From Piedraia hortae CBS 480.64 (lineage: Eukaryota): 64,000 nucleotides of DNA. The first letter of the stretch is position 1. Each line of letters opens with the position of its first letter. Below are positions 12,054 through 24,410 of the stretch, piece by piece. A program made the translations under genes and the position numbers. A model generated the notes under the pieces. It saw only the letters and a program-made list of their open reading frames with translations, made no database searches and was not told the DNA's origin. The DNA lies in assembly GCA_010093745.1 (NCBI GenBank), contig MU005982.1, forward strand, positions 124,001-188,000. Reading direction: 5' to 3'.

Positions 12054-12481
12054 TGTCTTAGGGGTGAACCTCCGAGGACTAAAGCGGAATATAGATCCAA
12101 AACAAATATGTGCACTCAACTCTTAACAAAAGGTGAATGTCGATGTCTATCCCTATGTGAGGTAAGGTTCGAGACCTTTTCCCCACTACCTCAGTCTAAC
12201 CGCATTCGCCAGATCAACGTCAGCGAATCATGTCCTTAAGCATGAACGGGACAATGACCCGTCTCAGGGTAAACTTCCTCTATAGAGGTAAAAACCCTGA
12301 GAAGTTTTGACTTCTATCTACGGTTCTGGTCATGGTGAGTTAAAGGGGACGAACTGATAGTGTGAGTACACTAAGACATAAAAAATTGTATTGTTATATA
12401 TGCTGCATACATGAAAGGACGTTGTTCATGGTAATCATGTGACACATCCTTCAACTTGGTGGGTGCTACATCCTTCCGACA
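12054..12481 (+). mobile_element. Family A LTR carrying a nested family B LTR; adjoining ~100 bp (11950-12053) also seen at ~39560-39665
   Basis: TGTC...GACA ends; similar to 49420-49726 once the insert is removed. Confidence 0.85.
12338..12456 (-). mobile_element. Solo LTR, family B (copia LTR, AGT...ACT ends)
   Basis: TSD TGGTG (12333-12337/12457-12461); similar to 16179-16296 and 18568-18684. Confidence 0.9.
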
Positions 12482-13069
12482 ATTCGGTCCCACATGATCC
12501 CGACACTTGGTCCGTGCGCGCACATGAAAACGACACGGTGGACGCGAACGTATCAGTGTACCGGCTGGGGTTCCCGAGCAGTACAGATTCCACACAGACT
12601 CGGATGGAACGCTGTTATCAGTTCAAGAATAGATGCTTTCAGACTCACAGGCGGAAACCGCCTATCGCCGTGAACATCGCTAGCAAAAGTGCGTGCCCGC
12701 CGAGTCGTGATGCGAGCACAGACGCTTCAATTTGACGTTATTGGGCAAAAGTGTAACAGCATAATTTCGTCATGATCGCCAGGAGAATGTAATGAGATGT
12801 GTCGTTCCAAGAGAGACTGCCTTCCAGGTGGCAATCACAGCCAGTTTTCGTAAAAGCACCGTTAGCGACTGGAATTATCTTGATCCGCCGTGTATGCTCC
12901 GAGGAGCGAAAAGGACGCTGATCGTCTGTGGCAGTGCACCAATTTCGCAACGTTTTCGTGATTTATCGAAAAGGCGACGACCCTACGCGGGATAGAGACT
13001 AAAGATGGTCTACACAGGCGTCACCTGACTATGCTACTGTTCCATGGGGCGACAGGCACTGCTACGCGC

Positions 13070-14254
13070 TTACTCCATCCTCAAATCCGACTTTTCGTTG
13101 CTGGTCATGCCATGTTCATCACCGGACGTCTCATCTCCATTGGTATGGCTTTTGTGATCGCCGGAAACGCCTCCATCGCTGCTGGTGTTTTCCATAGACT
13201 CGATCATGTGTTTCGTTTCCCCATTGTCGTCGGGCGATTCGACGGCCTCACGACGATTGTCCTCGGCGATGGCCTTATTGCGCCCGGCGGGATCGCCCCG
13301 GCTGTCAGGTACATTCCACACGAGGCGGACTATCGAGACGCTGTCCCCGTCCTGAGCCTCGTTCTGCTCGAGCCACGATACGAGGTCGGCCACGCTCTGA
13401 AAACCTGAGATATGGGTCGCCTGGTCGTGCGTGGTCAGCTAAAGCGTTCTCAGGGAGCGGTATGCGTACCGATGAGGCGCCAGGGAGCTTGTGCGACGGA
13501 ACGGCGATGCAAAACTCGATTGACCCGTCCGGACGAACGGTCTTCTCGCCTAACACCTTGCTTTTCTGGATAATTGTCAGTAACGCCATCAACGAAGATA
13601 TGAGCAACTCACCATCTGACGAAGGACGGAGGCTACGTCATCGGTTTCATTGCCCTGATGGTCATTGTTAGCGTGCACTTTGTCCTACAAGGGACGGCCT
13701 GCACATACGATAGCCATCCCGCCCAGGTACCCATTTATCTCCTCGTTCAGATTCCCATACACCGCGAACATCGCCGGTGGGAGGATCTGAACCGAGCCGC
13801 ACTCTGCAGCAATTGATTTCCACTCGGACTCGGCGGCTCTGTTTCGCATTTCCTGGTACCAAGACCCCGGAGCAGATGGGGACCCATCCTCTACGTTCGT
13901 CTGGTTTGCAAGCTGGTGAGCCGCGTCGGCCATCCTGTCAAGGACTCTGATGGCTTCATCGATGTCCTTGCAGATGGCCTTGTAGGCAAGGATGTGGGCG
14001 CGCGGGCCCTTGCGTCCGGTGGGCCATGCTTGGATCTTCTTCTCGAATTGCGTGTAAGACTTGAGGACCTCGGCCGGTAGAGCATGCGGCTCGGTGCCTG
14101 CGAAGTGCTCCAGGCAGAAGACATATGTGTCTTGCAGAAGTCGAACAAGATCTTTGCCCACCATCCCCTTGGGATCCGTCGAAAGCGCCGTTACGAGCTG
14201 GCGCTCCTTCTTGTTCGCGATCAGGCCGGGCATGTGGGCTGCAGGATCATCCAT
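13070..14254 (-). CDS. Orphan protein B (4 coding exons, acidic C-terminus), paralog of 10592-11616
   Basis: Exon 1 14254-13709; introns 13708-13655 (GTATGT..GCTAAC..CAG), 13612-13566 (GTGAGT..ACTGAC..CAG) and a third GTACGC..GCTGAC..CAG link ORFs 13685-14254, 13305-13607 and 13070-13393 in frame. Confidence 0.72.
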
Positions 14255-15304
14255 GACTGCCGCCAGCTGGCAATATCGTATGATTGGGCGTAGGTAGAGA
14301 TCCGCTGCTCACGCGTTGGAAGGGGGTGCGTATGGTGCGAGAGTGTGGTAGGAAGTAGGAGTTTGGTCGGAGTTTGGTCGGAGTTTGCGGGCGATTGGAT
14401 CAGCGCGTAAACGCGTCCTCGAAGCATGGCCCTGACAACACGGAACGCTAGGATGTCAAGTCCACGACGCGCTAACAGGTCAACCCGGCCGGGACGTCTG
14501 CTGCACGCAGGCGCGCAGCACGCGTCACCTACTCTCGGAAGCTTCTACCCCCCGTCGTTAGTGGTGTAAAATCAACAAGATAGAGTACACAAGGATGGAG
14601 TGCCTCGTGTCCTCCGGTTTACGTCCCCGAAAGAGGCTCTTTCTTAAGATGTCGGAGACGTGGAACGAATATAACCTACATAAACACCGGTCTCGAACTT
14701 CTGTGCACTCTATCGAACCCTTTGCTCGAGTGTGCTTGGAATGTCCCTGGCAAATATTCCAGGCGAAGTCTCGCACCCCATGGTGCCTTGCTAAAGCAAG
14801 CCAGAACGACAAACAAAGCTTCAAGGAAACATCGTTCTTGTCTCACGAGGGCGGTCAAGCTGGAATGCTTCAGGGCTGGCACACGCCTATTGGATCTGTG
14901 TAAATCCTTCCTCGTACGTTACTTCTCATACGCCTTTACCTGCATCGAAGCGGGGCCAGCCGTAAGGGTGCTTGTCGCTCTGCGGCCCACAAGCAATGTG
15001 CAACATGTATACCACCGAAGCTACGAGGCTCGACAACTTCCATTATGTGTTCGCACGAATGTTATATATGTGTGCCGATGCCTTCTTATCATAGACGAAT
15101 TTTGTTGCACGTATGGGGGTTGCCACGGTCTCACCAGTGCTCATCTTGCTCTAGACAGGTCTTCTAGTTTTGCGTACCCCTGGAGTGAGAGGGACAATAC
15201 ATGCAAACTTCAGCCACTGGTTGCACAAAAAAAAGCTCACGGACCATCGCATCGAGCATATTGTAGAAACAACGGATCAGCAACACAAGAGAATATAAAA
15301 GCTT

Positions 15305-16175
15305 GTTGGCCTCCCAAGCATGTCAACCAGTCCTTCCCGTCTAGCTTTTGCACAGCGGTGGCCAGCCATCTGTGTGAGCCCAGCGTGAACGCATCCACCC
15401 TGCCCCCACTAAGGCGGGCGGATCTGGAAGCAGGGGCTTGGGCATCGGCTGCCCAAGTTAATTGCGGTAGTTTCGAGCCCGGGTTCGAGAGCTTGTTGCA
15501 ACTAACTCCACAACCCAACCCGATACTAAACCACTTTGATGTTGGGGAGGTGGGATATCATCTTAACCTACTGCGCAAGGCCGAGGGTTAACCGGAAGTT
15601 GCGCCTGCCAGATCGGGGGTTCAGATGGTTTGATGCGGATGAAGTTGACAATGACCATAACGATTGGAAGGGGCATCACGTTTTTACCATCGGTTCGGTG
15701 GCTAGATTAACTACAGTAGCAGTAGCTTGTCCGTAGACCACAATTTGTCTCGCTCTGCTGAAACTTACATCTTCATAGAACGGCATTCTAACTTTTGTAC
15801 TGTCGGAGTAGAGTACTACGATGTCGAACCTGGGACCTTGCCATGTGTCCAACCAAAAGTAAATCTAGTGGTATGGCAAACCAGAGAGCTGCTGGCAAAG
15901 AACAAAAAAAGTGATAATGAAAAAAGGTAGCCCCCCCGAAGACGCTGTTTTTCCATATACCCTGGCGCCGTCCTTTTTCCACAGGTAGTGTGCCTGTGTG
16001 TAGCTCCAGAATGAATCACGAGAAGCGCGGCAAGCACAGAAGGATCAGAAAGCACGGCTTGGGCATCGGTATAATGGTCTTACAGCATTCGTCTCCCCAG
16101 GCACATGAATGAGCAGTGGTCCACCCTACCCCGCCATGCTACTAACCCAACATGATATCAAGAAGTGGGTATTTA
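15305..16175 (-). ncRNA. Putative telomerase-RNA-like gene or pseudogene, copy 1
   Basis: Non-coding, collinear with 48620-49840. Minus-strand H-type pseudoknot with U6 loop (15784-15937) and downstream P5/P6/P6.1-like junction (~15375-15440); G-U wobbles favour the minus strand. No CCCUAA template seen. Confidence 0.55.
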
Positions 16176-16178
16176 ACT

Positions 16179-18684
16179 AGTCAAAGGGGACAAACTGATA
16201 GTGTCAATGCACTAAGACTTGAATATATATGTAGTATATATAGTGCATACAAGAGGGGACATTGTTCATGGTCATCACGTGACATATTCCTCAACTCACC
16301 CCTTGTTGTGTGTGACCTGGAGTGCATTTGCCATGCAAGTGCCAATGATAGCCTGAATGAAGTCAGGGAAACCCTTTGGGCGAAAAGCTGGGAGATTCTA
16401 AGACGCACCGGCAGCCACCCCCTCAATGCGCGGCATCACTCGCCTCACCCTCTTGTCGCGCCATTGTTCCGTCTTCAATCGCTTCGGTGCAGTCTTGGAC
16501 TCCAGCTGCACACCGAAACTTGACGTAATTGAGTGCTTTGGTTAACCCGTCGGCGACTTGCTTGTCGGTTGAGATCCAATCCACCGAATCATCTCCACGA
16601 GCGGACCTTTCACGTACGAAGTGCCACCGTACATCGACATGTCTAGTTCTGCCGTCAGTCGTAGCATCTTCGTTCTGGGAGATCAAGTTTATGGCTGGCT
16701 TATTGTCCTCAAACAGTGTAACCGGCTTGATGTCTCCAGTGTACTTTAGTTCTTCCAGCAAGCGCGCCACTACGATGGCCTCCTTGGCCGCTATGCTGAG
16801 GGTACAGTATTCGGAATTCATAGAGGACAGAGTGACCAGCGGCAGCCGCCCGGATTTTTAGGCGATGGGCCCCCCGGTGAGCATGAACATGTATGCGCTT
16901 GAGAAGCGACGTGTGTTTGCGTCGTCTGCATGTGAAGCATCCGCTTAGCCCTTCAGGCCGAGTTCGCCTGTTCCGTTTCCTCGGAATACAATGCCTTATC
17001 TTTCAGTGCCCTTAAGATATCGTACGATACGCTTGGCTGTGCCGAGGTGTGCGTTGTTGGATTCAAGCATCGCCGCTAGCGCGAATGCAAGGCACTTGCA
17101 TAGCAAGTCAGTGATACCTCCTACACTACCAGCTGCACCCTAGGTTTTTCCCTCACAGAGGTTTTTCCTCAGGGTCATGTCATATGTGACATGGTGAATA
17201 CGCCCCGCTAGTGTACGACGTGACGTCACCGGCCCACCGGTACAGAATTTTCATTCTGAATGTCCCCTTATAAAAATATAGTCATTCACACTACCATGCT
17301 GCAACTGGTATTTTTGACTCATATACATCTACATCTTTCCTGTCCCTGATTCCGTCTATCGCTCTGTCCTCTTCGGGTCGCTGTGCACTCTCACCCACGA
17401 GGTCTAAATCTCTACATGCGTCTTTTGGCTTGTGTACGTACCTCGAAACTTGCAATGTCAGGGCGAGTTTGCGTTGCGAGCCACATTAGCCTACCCAATA
17501 GTGATTGATAACGATGTTTCCAGTTGGCCGGCGGGGTGTAATCCTCGCCAGCTTCTGCTTTTGCTGCCCTCAGCCCTTCCCTTGGGCTGAGCGGTATTCC
17601 AGACTCATCATAATTATCCGTGTGGTATGCGTCAGCTGTCTGTGTCACGAAGGCGACTTGAATCATGTTGACTTGTCGCTTCGTTCGATTGCGCAAGATC
17701 CTGCACCCGAGGTAAAAACTTACGTCTCCAAGGTATTGCAGACGGAACGGAACTACTGACCAAGTAAGTTGGCAGTGTGCTGTTCCTTTTCGACTGTTGA
17801 CGCGGCGATGAGTATATCGTCTACGTATATCACAATTAGCGTGCCCGCACCATTGCATAGCAAACAAGCGTCACTCCATAGAGGTGTGAAATTTATGCTG
17901 CGTAGGAAGTTGGTCAACTCTTGTTGCCAAAGCATGGGTGACTATTTTAGGCCGCATAAGCCTTTTAACAAGAGACTGACCTATATTTTGTCGGACACAA
18001 ACCCATGCGGCTGTTCCACATATATGACGTGGGCTTTAATTCTTGAGTGAAGAAATACCGTCATTACGTCGAACTGGCGGCACTCAAGATCGTATTCGGC
18101 GACGAGAGTAAGCATAGTGCGAATCGACAGAGGCTTGGCCACCGCAGCGTATGTCTCGTTATAATCTATCCCTTCTATTTTTGAGTAGCTTCGTGCTACC
18201 CAACGCGCTTAAAAACGCTCCATATTGCCATCTTCATTTCGCTTTATCTTAAAGGTCGAACGTCCTTTGATAAAATTTGCTCCGATTCTGGCTCTGACTC
18301 GCTTAGCATCAGCTCCGGCTCTAGCTCTGGCTCGCCGAGCTTTTGTATGATGGATTTTCATTTCTTTGTTGAATGATGAAGCACGTTGTTGGATCAAGTG
18401 AGTGTTAATTACGCGTTACGTGACCTTCGTTATTTGGAGGCCTCTTTACCCAACTGATGTTGAATATTCTCATCGTTGCGGAAGACCTCTTCAGAGGAAC
18501 AGCAGTGTAATAGTGTAAGCGAGTGTGCCTCTCAATCACGCTGTGTGCGCTGATCGGGCTAATAACCAGTCAAAGGGGACGAACTGATAGTGTGAGTACA
18601 CTAAGACGTGAATATATATGTATTTATATATTACATACATGAGGGGAAGTTGTTCATGGTCATCACGTGACACATACTTCAACT
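16179..18684 (-). mobile_element. Internally deleted, degenerate Ty1/copia LTR retrotransposon
   Basis: LTRs 16179-16296 and 18568-18684; PBS GGTTATTAGCCC (18556-18567, half-tRNA-iMet type); PPT AAGGGG; RT ...IVIYVDDILIA; RNase H ...RTRHVDVRWHFVRE...QVADGLTKAL; stops and frameshifts; no room for gag/PR/IN. Confidence 0.92.
17055..17416 (+). mobile_element. Solo LTR, family C, nested in the copia pol region
   Basis: TG...CA ends, TSD TGCGT (17050-17054/17417-17421). Confidence 0.92.
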
Positions 18685-18788
18685 GCCGTCCATTCGCGCG
18701 TGGTAGCCAGCGTAGCTATGAATAACTAGCAGGACACGTCGGTGTATCAAATTCCATGAGCACTTAGGCGGTGCGAGTCATCCCTCGC
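18685..18788 (-). mobile_element. Partial family D LTR abutting the copia 5' LTR
   Basis: Matches half of 39326-39557, ends CGTAACA. Confidence 0.75.
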
Positions 18789-19960
18789 ACACACAGCCTC
18801 GTCGTAACAGAGATAATCCAAACAAAAAGCCATTTTCGATGCTCTGCAGAACCCCATGGCCCGTTGAAACTTACAGCTTGGCAATACCTTGGTGCAGAGA
18901 TATAGCTATTGGTGCGTGGCGTTGTTAGGCACGGATGGAAGGCGATAAGATCGAACACAACCTGGTGCGCAAAGTCCATGATTAATGCCTACAGTGTGTT
19001 TGTGGTAAAACGAGGCCCAGCAGCGGTCGTTTAGCCACACTGAGGATCTAAGGGAAGTCATGTCGGGTGATGATTGGTTATTTCACTCTTACAAGCAAAT
19101 TGAGTTAGCAGTCATGTCGGTGATCCAGCAAGGCACCGTCGCCATGACATCCTTTGCAATCAGCGTGGTCTCATACGCGACAGTAGAGCCATAATAATCT
19201 TAGCCCTCTGGTCTACTAGCAGGTTGAAACTTGCGATGTATAGAGATCTTGCAAAATTGCCAATTTCAGGCTGCGAGATGAGGCCGCCTCTCTTGGTAAG
19301 CGCACGACTCCAAAATTTACAAGTATCTGGAACAATATGAAAAAGAACTGCTTGGACAGAATACAAGTGTGCGAAGTCATGCAGATGCTACTTCTTGACC
19401 TCTTGAAGTTTACCTGATTGTTACGACAACGCTCGGGTTAACCCGAGCCGTCGAAGCGCACAGACATGACGCACCCCCGCGCTATATTGAACCTTTCCCT
19501 CCGAGCATCGTAGCAGTGGCGATACTTGGAAATCATTTCCTCATGTGCGCTAGGCTCGGCCCGATGCACCGGTTTCCTCTATCAAAGTTTCCATCGGCGC
19601 GTGCCCACCTGTGTACGTTTGTTGTGATCCGAGGGCAAAACACCGTGGTCTTTGACAATTAACCCTTTCACGAGGGTTGCGGAATCTGGTCAATCAATCA
19701 CATAAGTGGATTGAGTATTTGTCCTTCGAATAAACCCGGGTAAGGGATATGTGAATCCTATACGGCGATTTTCGTTTCACTGTGGCCATTCACTGCCATG
19801 CACAACACTTGTTGCTCTCATTTCACAGCAACTCGTACGATGTGGTCGCCTCCGGTCCTGGAAGTTCCAAATTTGCTCTTCGACTTTCGATCCTACTCCT
19901 CCAACACACCTTTTCGCCAGCCCATCACATATTTCAATCGACAAATCATAGCCTACTGCC

Positions 19961-20527
19961 ATGCCATCCAGGGGGTTGCGTAATTTTCCCGTCCGGTGAG
20001 TTTGACCTGCTGGAGAGGTTGGAACTTAAATACTGACATCTCCAGCCGCTCAGATCGGGCCGGCGTGATTTTTCCTGTGGGACATCTGCACCGCGATCTA
20101 AGAATTACCACATCCTGCCGAATTTACAGGGAAGCGCCAGTGTTTCTGGCCGCCGTGCTGCAAAATCTCCTAGCCGAGTTATTGAACGGCGCTTGTGCCA
20201 ATGCGGCCTTGCGTGGACATTCAAGGATCGAGCCCCAGCATATCATTATGGCTGTGGTCGCCAATGAGGAATTCTGCCAGATTTTCCGCAATGTCACAAT
20301 TCCTGGGGGCGGTGTCTTGCCGGCAGCACAATGTGAGTTTTGCGATTAGCCTCCCTCGTGCAAGCCACTAACGTTATTTAGACGTGATGCCAGATCTTGA
20401 CGAGCAGGACAGCGCCCGGGACGATGTCCCGGCCTCCCCGTCGAAAGATCTAGCGGCTGCCGCAGATGGTCCCGTCGTAGTAAACTGCGGCGGTGGGAAG
20501 AAGGGGGTTGCAGTGAAGAAGCGTTAA
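19961..20527 (+). CDS. Highly divergent histone H2A variant 1 (155 aa, 3 exons)
   Basis: Exons 19961-19995, 20046-20332, 20382-20527; RSDRAGVIFPVG...APVFLAAVLQNLLAELL...RIEPQHI...NVTIPGGGVLP follows the H2A fold; open frame after splicing. Confidence 0.85.
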
Positions 20528-21254
20528 GGTCGCAAGGGGCAATAGATGCCCCGTTGGGCGCTGTCATGGTTGTTTTGCCTCGTTCTGATCAGGTCAACGC
20601 TGATTTCCTTACTGCCCTGTGTTTATCTCACAATCGAGGGTATCAAGTATATCGTGTGACAGGAGCGTAGAGGTGATTTGCACCAACCAAAAGCCGGAGA
20701 CTCTGATTATTTTTCAGCGATGGTGTGTGTTTCAATAACCACGACGGCAAGGCCCGCATGCGCACACAAATCTTGGAAAACGATGATGAACTGTGTTAAC
20801 CAAATACGATCATTGTCATGGTCTAAAGGAAGTATTTAACTCAGTCTGGGTCTTGAGGCGTCCCCGAACACACTATGAAGTGTTATTAAGCCAATTGGCC
20901 CGACTGCTTCCGACCTGCTGTCCCGAGGAACGCGCGAGACTCTTGCTCGGTAAGCTATCGCTGACACCCGTCACATTTATAATTGAGCCCCTCAACGAGC
21001 TATACACTAATGAGGGCTAGAGGTTATATAAGGCTGTTTTGTGTCTATTTTGCTCTTGTCGGAGAGGTTAACGTTCGATGGGTAGTGCAGAAACGTAGAC
21101 TAGTGACAAATGTGTGCACTTGACTCTGACCAAGAGGGTGGATGTAGATATCCTTGACTATGTGAAGTGAGATCGAAGAAATCTTGTTCAAGATGGAAGG
21201 TCCTCCAACATGAGCACTGTGCAGAGGCTACCTGGTCATATTCTGCATGAGGAG

Positions 21255-21648
21255 AGTTACGGTGCACAGACGAAAAGGCTCAATAAGTCTCAACAACGAA
21301 GACAGTCCGAACTGCTATCTACTATGAAGCTAGGGTACTATGAACCAATCCAGAAGCGCCATCCATACGCGCGCGGTAGCAAGCGTAGTGTCATAGATGG
21401 TGCAGAATGGTTTCAGAGAGCCTCTATACTGACTAGAATGTAATGACATGAAGGTTGTCATGAAATTGGTAGCTATGTGGTGCGTGATGCGGCCCGTACC
21501 GCGTAGACCCACCCATGTCCGTTCCGTCTGTACAGAACTCTCCGTAACACGTAGCTATGGATAACCAGAAGATCGCGTCGGTGTATCAGATTCACTGTGC
21601 ACTTAGACGGCGCAAGTCGTCCCGCGCACTCACAGCCTCGCCGTAACA
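21255..21648 (-). mobile_element. Degenerate family D LTR with a nested solo LTR (family F, 21389-21549)
   Basis: Insert has TG...CA ends and TSD CGTAG (21384-21388/21550-21554); the host matches 39326-39557. Confidence 0.82.
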
Positions 21649-22599
21649 TAAGGCGGTTTACTGTCTCACAGCTTAAACGAATTTCTCCACCCTTATTTTG
21701 CCGTAGATAGGTTACGATATGCCCTGCAAAAGTGTTGAAGTGGTGTTGCTCTTCTCCTTCCTCTCGAGTATAGTCGGTGGGTCGGTTCCGGTCGTTCCTC
21801 TAATAAGTGCTTTCTTTGCAGCTAGAAGCGCTTTCTTAAATTTGTCCTCGTTTCCCAGAGTGTGGTGCTTGCCATAAGTCCTTGAAGGATCGTTTTGGGC
21901 GCCTCAGCAGCTGGAATTTGACAGAAAGTTTCTTCAACGAGGCGAGCAATGTTTCGGTTTGTGAGTCACCTATCGTCTGGGTGGGCAAGTGACAAGATGT
22001 AAATGAAAGGGCATCCTCCTCGAGATCGAAAAGATACCAAGAGGTGGGTGGCTCCTATGGTGGCGCAAATCATAGGAACAAGTTTGCCATCTTACTTGAT
22101 CGCAATCTCTGGCGCGACGTTTGGTGATGCCTTGAGGACTGCTACACAACTTTCCTGCTCAAGCTCGGAATTGCATGCATATCTCAACCATGTTCTCAAA
22201 GAGAAAGGGGCTGTTAGTACCAACTGCCCTGATTTTGCTCTCTGCATCTGCAATCTTCATCGTCGGCCTCGAAAGCCGTACACGGGCCGTCTCCGGCAAA
22301 CTGTCAGCGATGCCGAGTGGATCCTCACTCATGGAATGTGTACTTCATGGCTGTCTTTCTTCTGGCCGTACGTGTGTGATCAGTTCGTGGGCTGGCGGCG
22401 CTGAGGACGACCCAAAGGACAAAGCCGATACGCGTAATGAGTGAAGAAGAACCACGAACAGGAAGTGGAACACAGTTAGCTGGTAGGGTCCACCAGGCCA
22501 TAATAATATATTGTCGCTGGTCGCATTGTGATTGGTGGTGTTAATGCTTGTGTCGTGCGGCGGAGATGTTTAAATAGCTTCCAGGAAGTCAATGATTGG

Positions 22600-23500
22600 G
22601 GCAGCATTGGTAGAGTCTAAGGCCGCGATGCCTGATGCCGGTCCGGTGGGTAACCAATTCTGAAGACCTACTGGACCTTTTGCACCTGCTCGATAATCTT
22701 CTTCTCGTTCCAGTGATTGTCAGGACCGAACTCCAAGTAATTAGCGGCTGACCGATCAACCCCGACCTGCTCCAGCTCCGCATCTCTTACGGTGTCCGGC
22801 ACCTTAAGACGACCTCAGGGGGTCAGAAACTCCGATAACATGATGACTCTGCAACCACCATTCGGCATAAATTGCTGCCGGTGACTGTCTTGTATGCGGA
22901 AGACGCACTCATCGTGCATCACAAGAATTATCTGCCGACGGCTATCGATCCATGGCTCGTCGACTATGGAGCCAACGTCATTCCATCTGGCTAAGAATGG
23001 TACCAACTTGTTGAGCTCCGCAACACACCTTTTGCGGTATTTCTTAACACCGACTCGCTCATGGCCATCCAAGTAAATGCTCCTCCGGAATCCATGCCAG
23101 CTGTAGGCCAATTGGCGCAAAAATTTGCCAAGCCGTCTCAATACTGTGTTTTTCCCCTGGAATTTGTTGGAATACCCATCACAGCTTCCATGTTGACCCA
23201 ATAGCCAGCAATGGCTATATTATCTGCACAAAGTCTAGAAATTTCTCTTCGCGGATAAGAACAAGTCTTCGTTCTCAGATAGTGACCACACTTTGGGATG
23301 CACTTCCTGCTGGCTTGGCGATATGACGCTCTTGCTCCTCCATTGTTGGTCCAACGTTTTAGCGACTTCGCGTACTCATCGCTACGATAACGGTTGCGGG
23401 TAGCTTGTAGAGAAATCAGAATGCTGTCTTCATCCAACTGGGACCCTAAGTACCGAAGTATAACCGAATACTTCGTTTGGGTCTAAATAATGGTATTTCA
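22600..23500 (-). mobile_element. Decayed fungal DDE transposase (YxDGHER...HDE...SEFLTP type); boundaries approximate
   Basis: ORF 22815-23201: IYLDGHERVGVKKYR...IILVMHDECVF...VIMLSEFLTP; frameshifted flanks. Confidence 0.7.
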
Positions 23501-24410
23501 GTCTTGCCATTCTGCTGGATCTTGCTATGACTTCAAGATCTTTTCTCTAGCAACGTTCAAAATCAAACCCGATTCTGCACAAATGGCTGCGCCATTCACA
23601 ACTTCGGTTTGTTTCTGGTTGTAATTTGGTGAAAGAATTCAACTATGGGTCGGCGCTTCCTGCTGCAGCTTTCAACATCCACTGACAGAAGGTATGAGCC
23701 TAGGACGGCCTTGGGTCATACATTTTAACTCAAGTTTACGTTAGAAGCCTAAAGTTGAGCTATTCTGGGCTCCCGCCAGCAGATCTTGGAAAGTATTGCG
23801 TCGACACCCTCAAGTCGTTGATTTTAGGTGTTCAGAGTGCTTAGCCACAGTACCAATTTGAAATTTCAGTCGGCGGAAATTTTCCGCGTTTCTCGGGCGC
23901 GTAGAAGCTCTTTGACCTTTCTCTTGAAAGGCCTTTTGCTCTGCTGACGCTCTCTACAACTGGAAGATTACAATGTACGATGAAAAAGCCCTGGATCGAG
24001 GAATGGTCGATATGGTACAAGAATTCGTTTAAAGGTTACCCACTTCAACGAGGAAGCTTCCCTAAAATCACGCAGATATATAAGAGATGAAGGACGCAAC
24101 ATCTGTCGTATTCGATATAACAATTGTGCGGCTCTGATGGCTTAAAGATGAGCTGGCCAGGTTTACACACCCGTGGAAACTCTGAAGTAGATGGAAGAAC
24201 CGCAGTGCACAACGAGAGAGCTCGACACCACAAATATGTCTTGATTACACAAACAGAGCATGACGAACTGAGGCGGCAGCTGTTTGCACAGCCTCACTTG
24301 GCCAGCCGCAAAGTGACGTCATGATAGATGTCAATTCTGTTTAGCGATGTCTAGGGTTAGGTCGTCACCGTACGCGCAGGTCAACGACGGCGGCGCGAGG
24401 CACCAGTCTA

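Noticed and set aside
14722..15591. 289-aa ORF overlapping ncRNA copy 1
   Set aside because: Non-ATG start, unnatural composition, and frame not preserved in copy 2.
15305..16175. Group I intron, RNase P/MRP RNA or tRNA as the identity of the duplicated element
   Set aside because: No rRNA host, convincing P7/S motifs, P4 signature or cloverleaf seen; GGTTCGA is not kept in copy 2. Not excluded without an Rfam scan.
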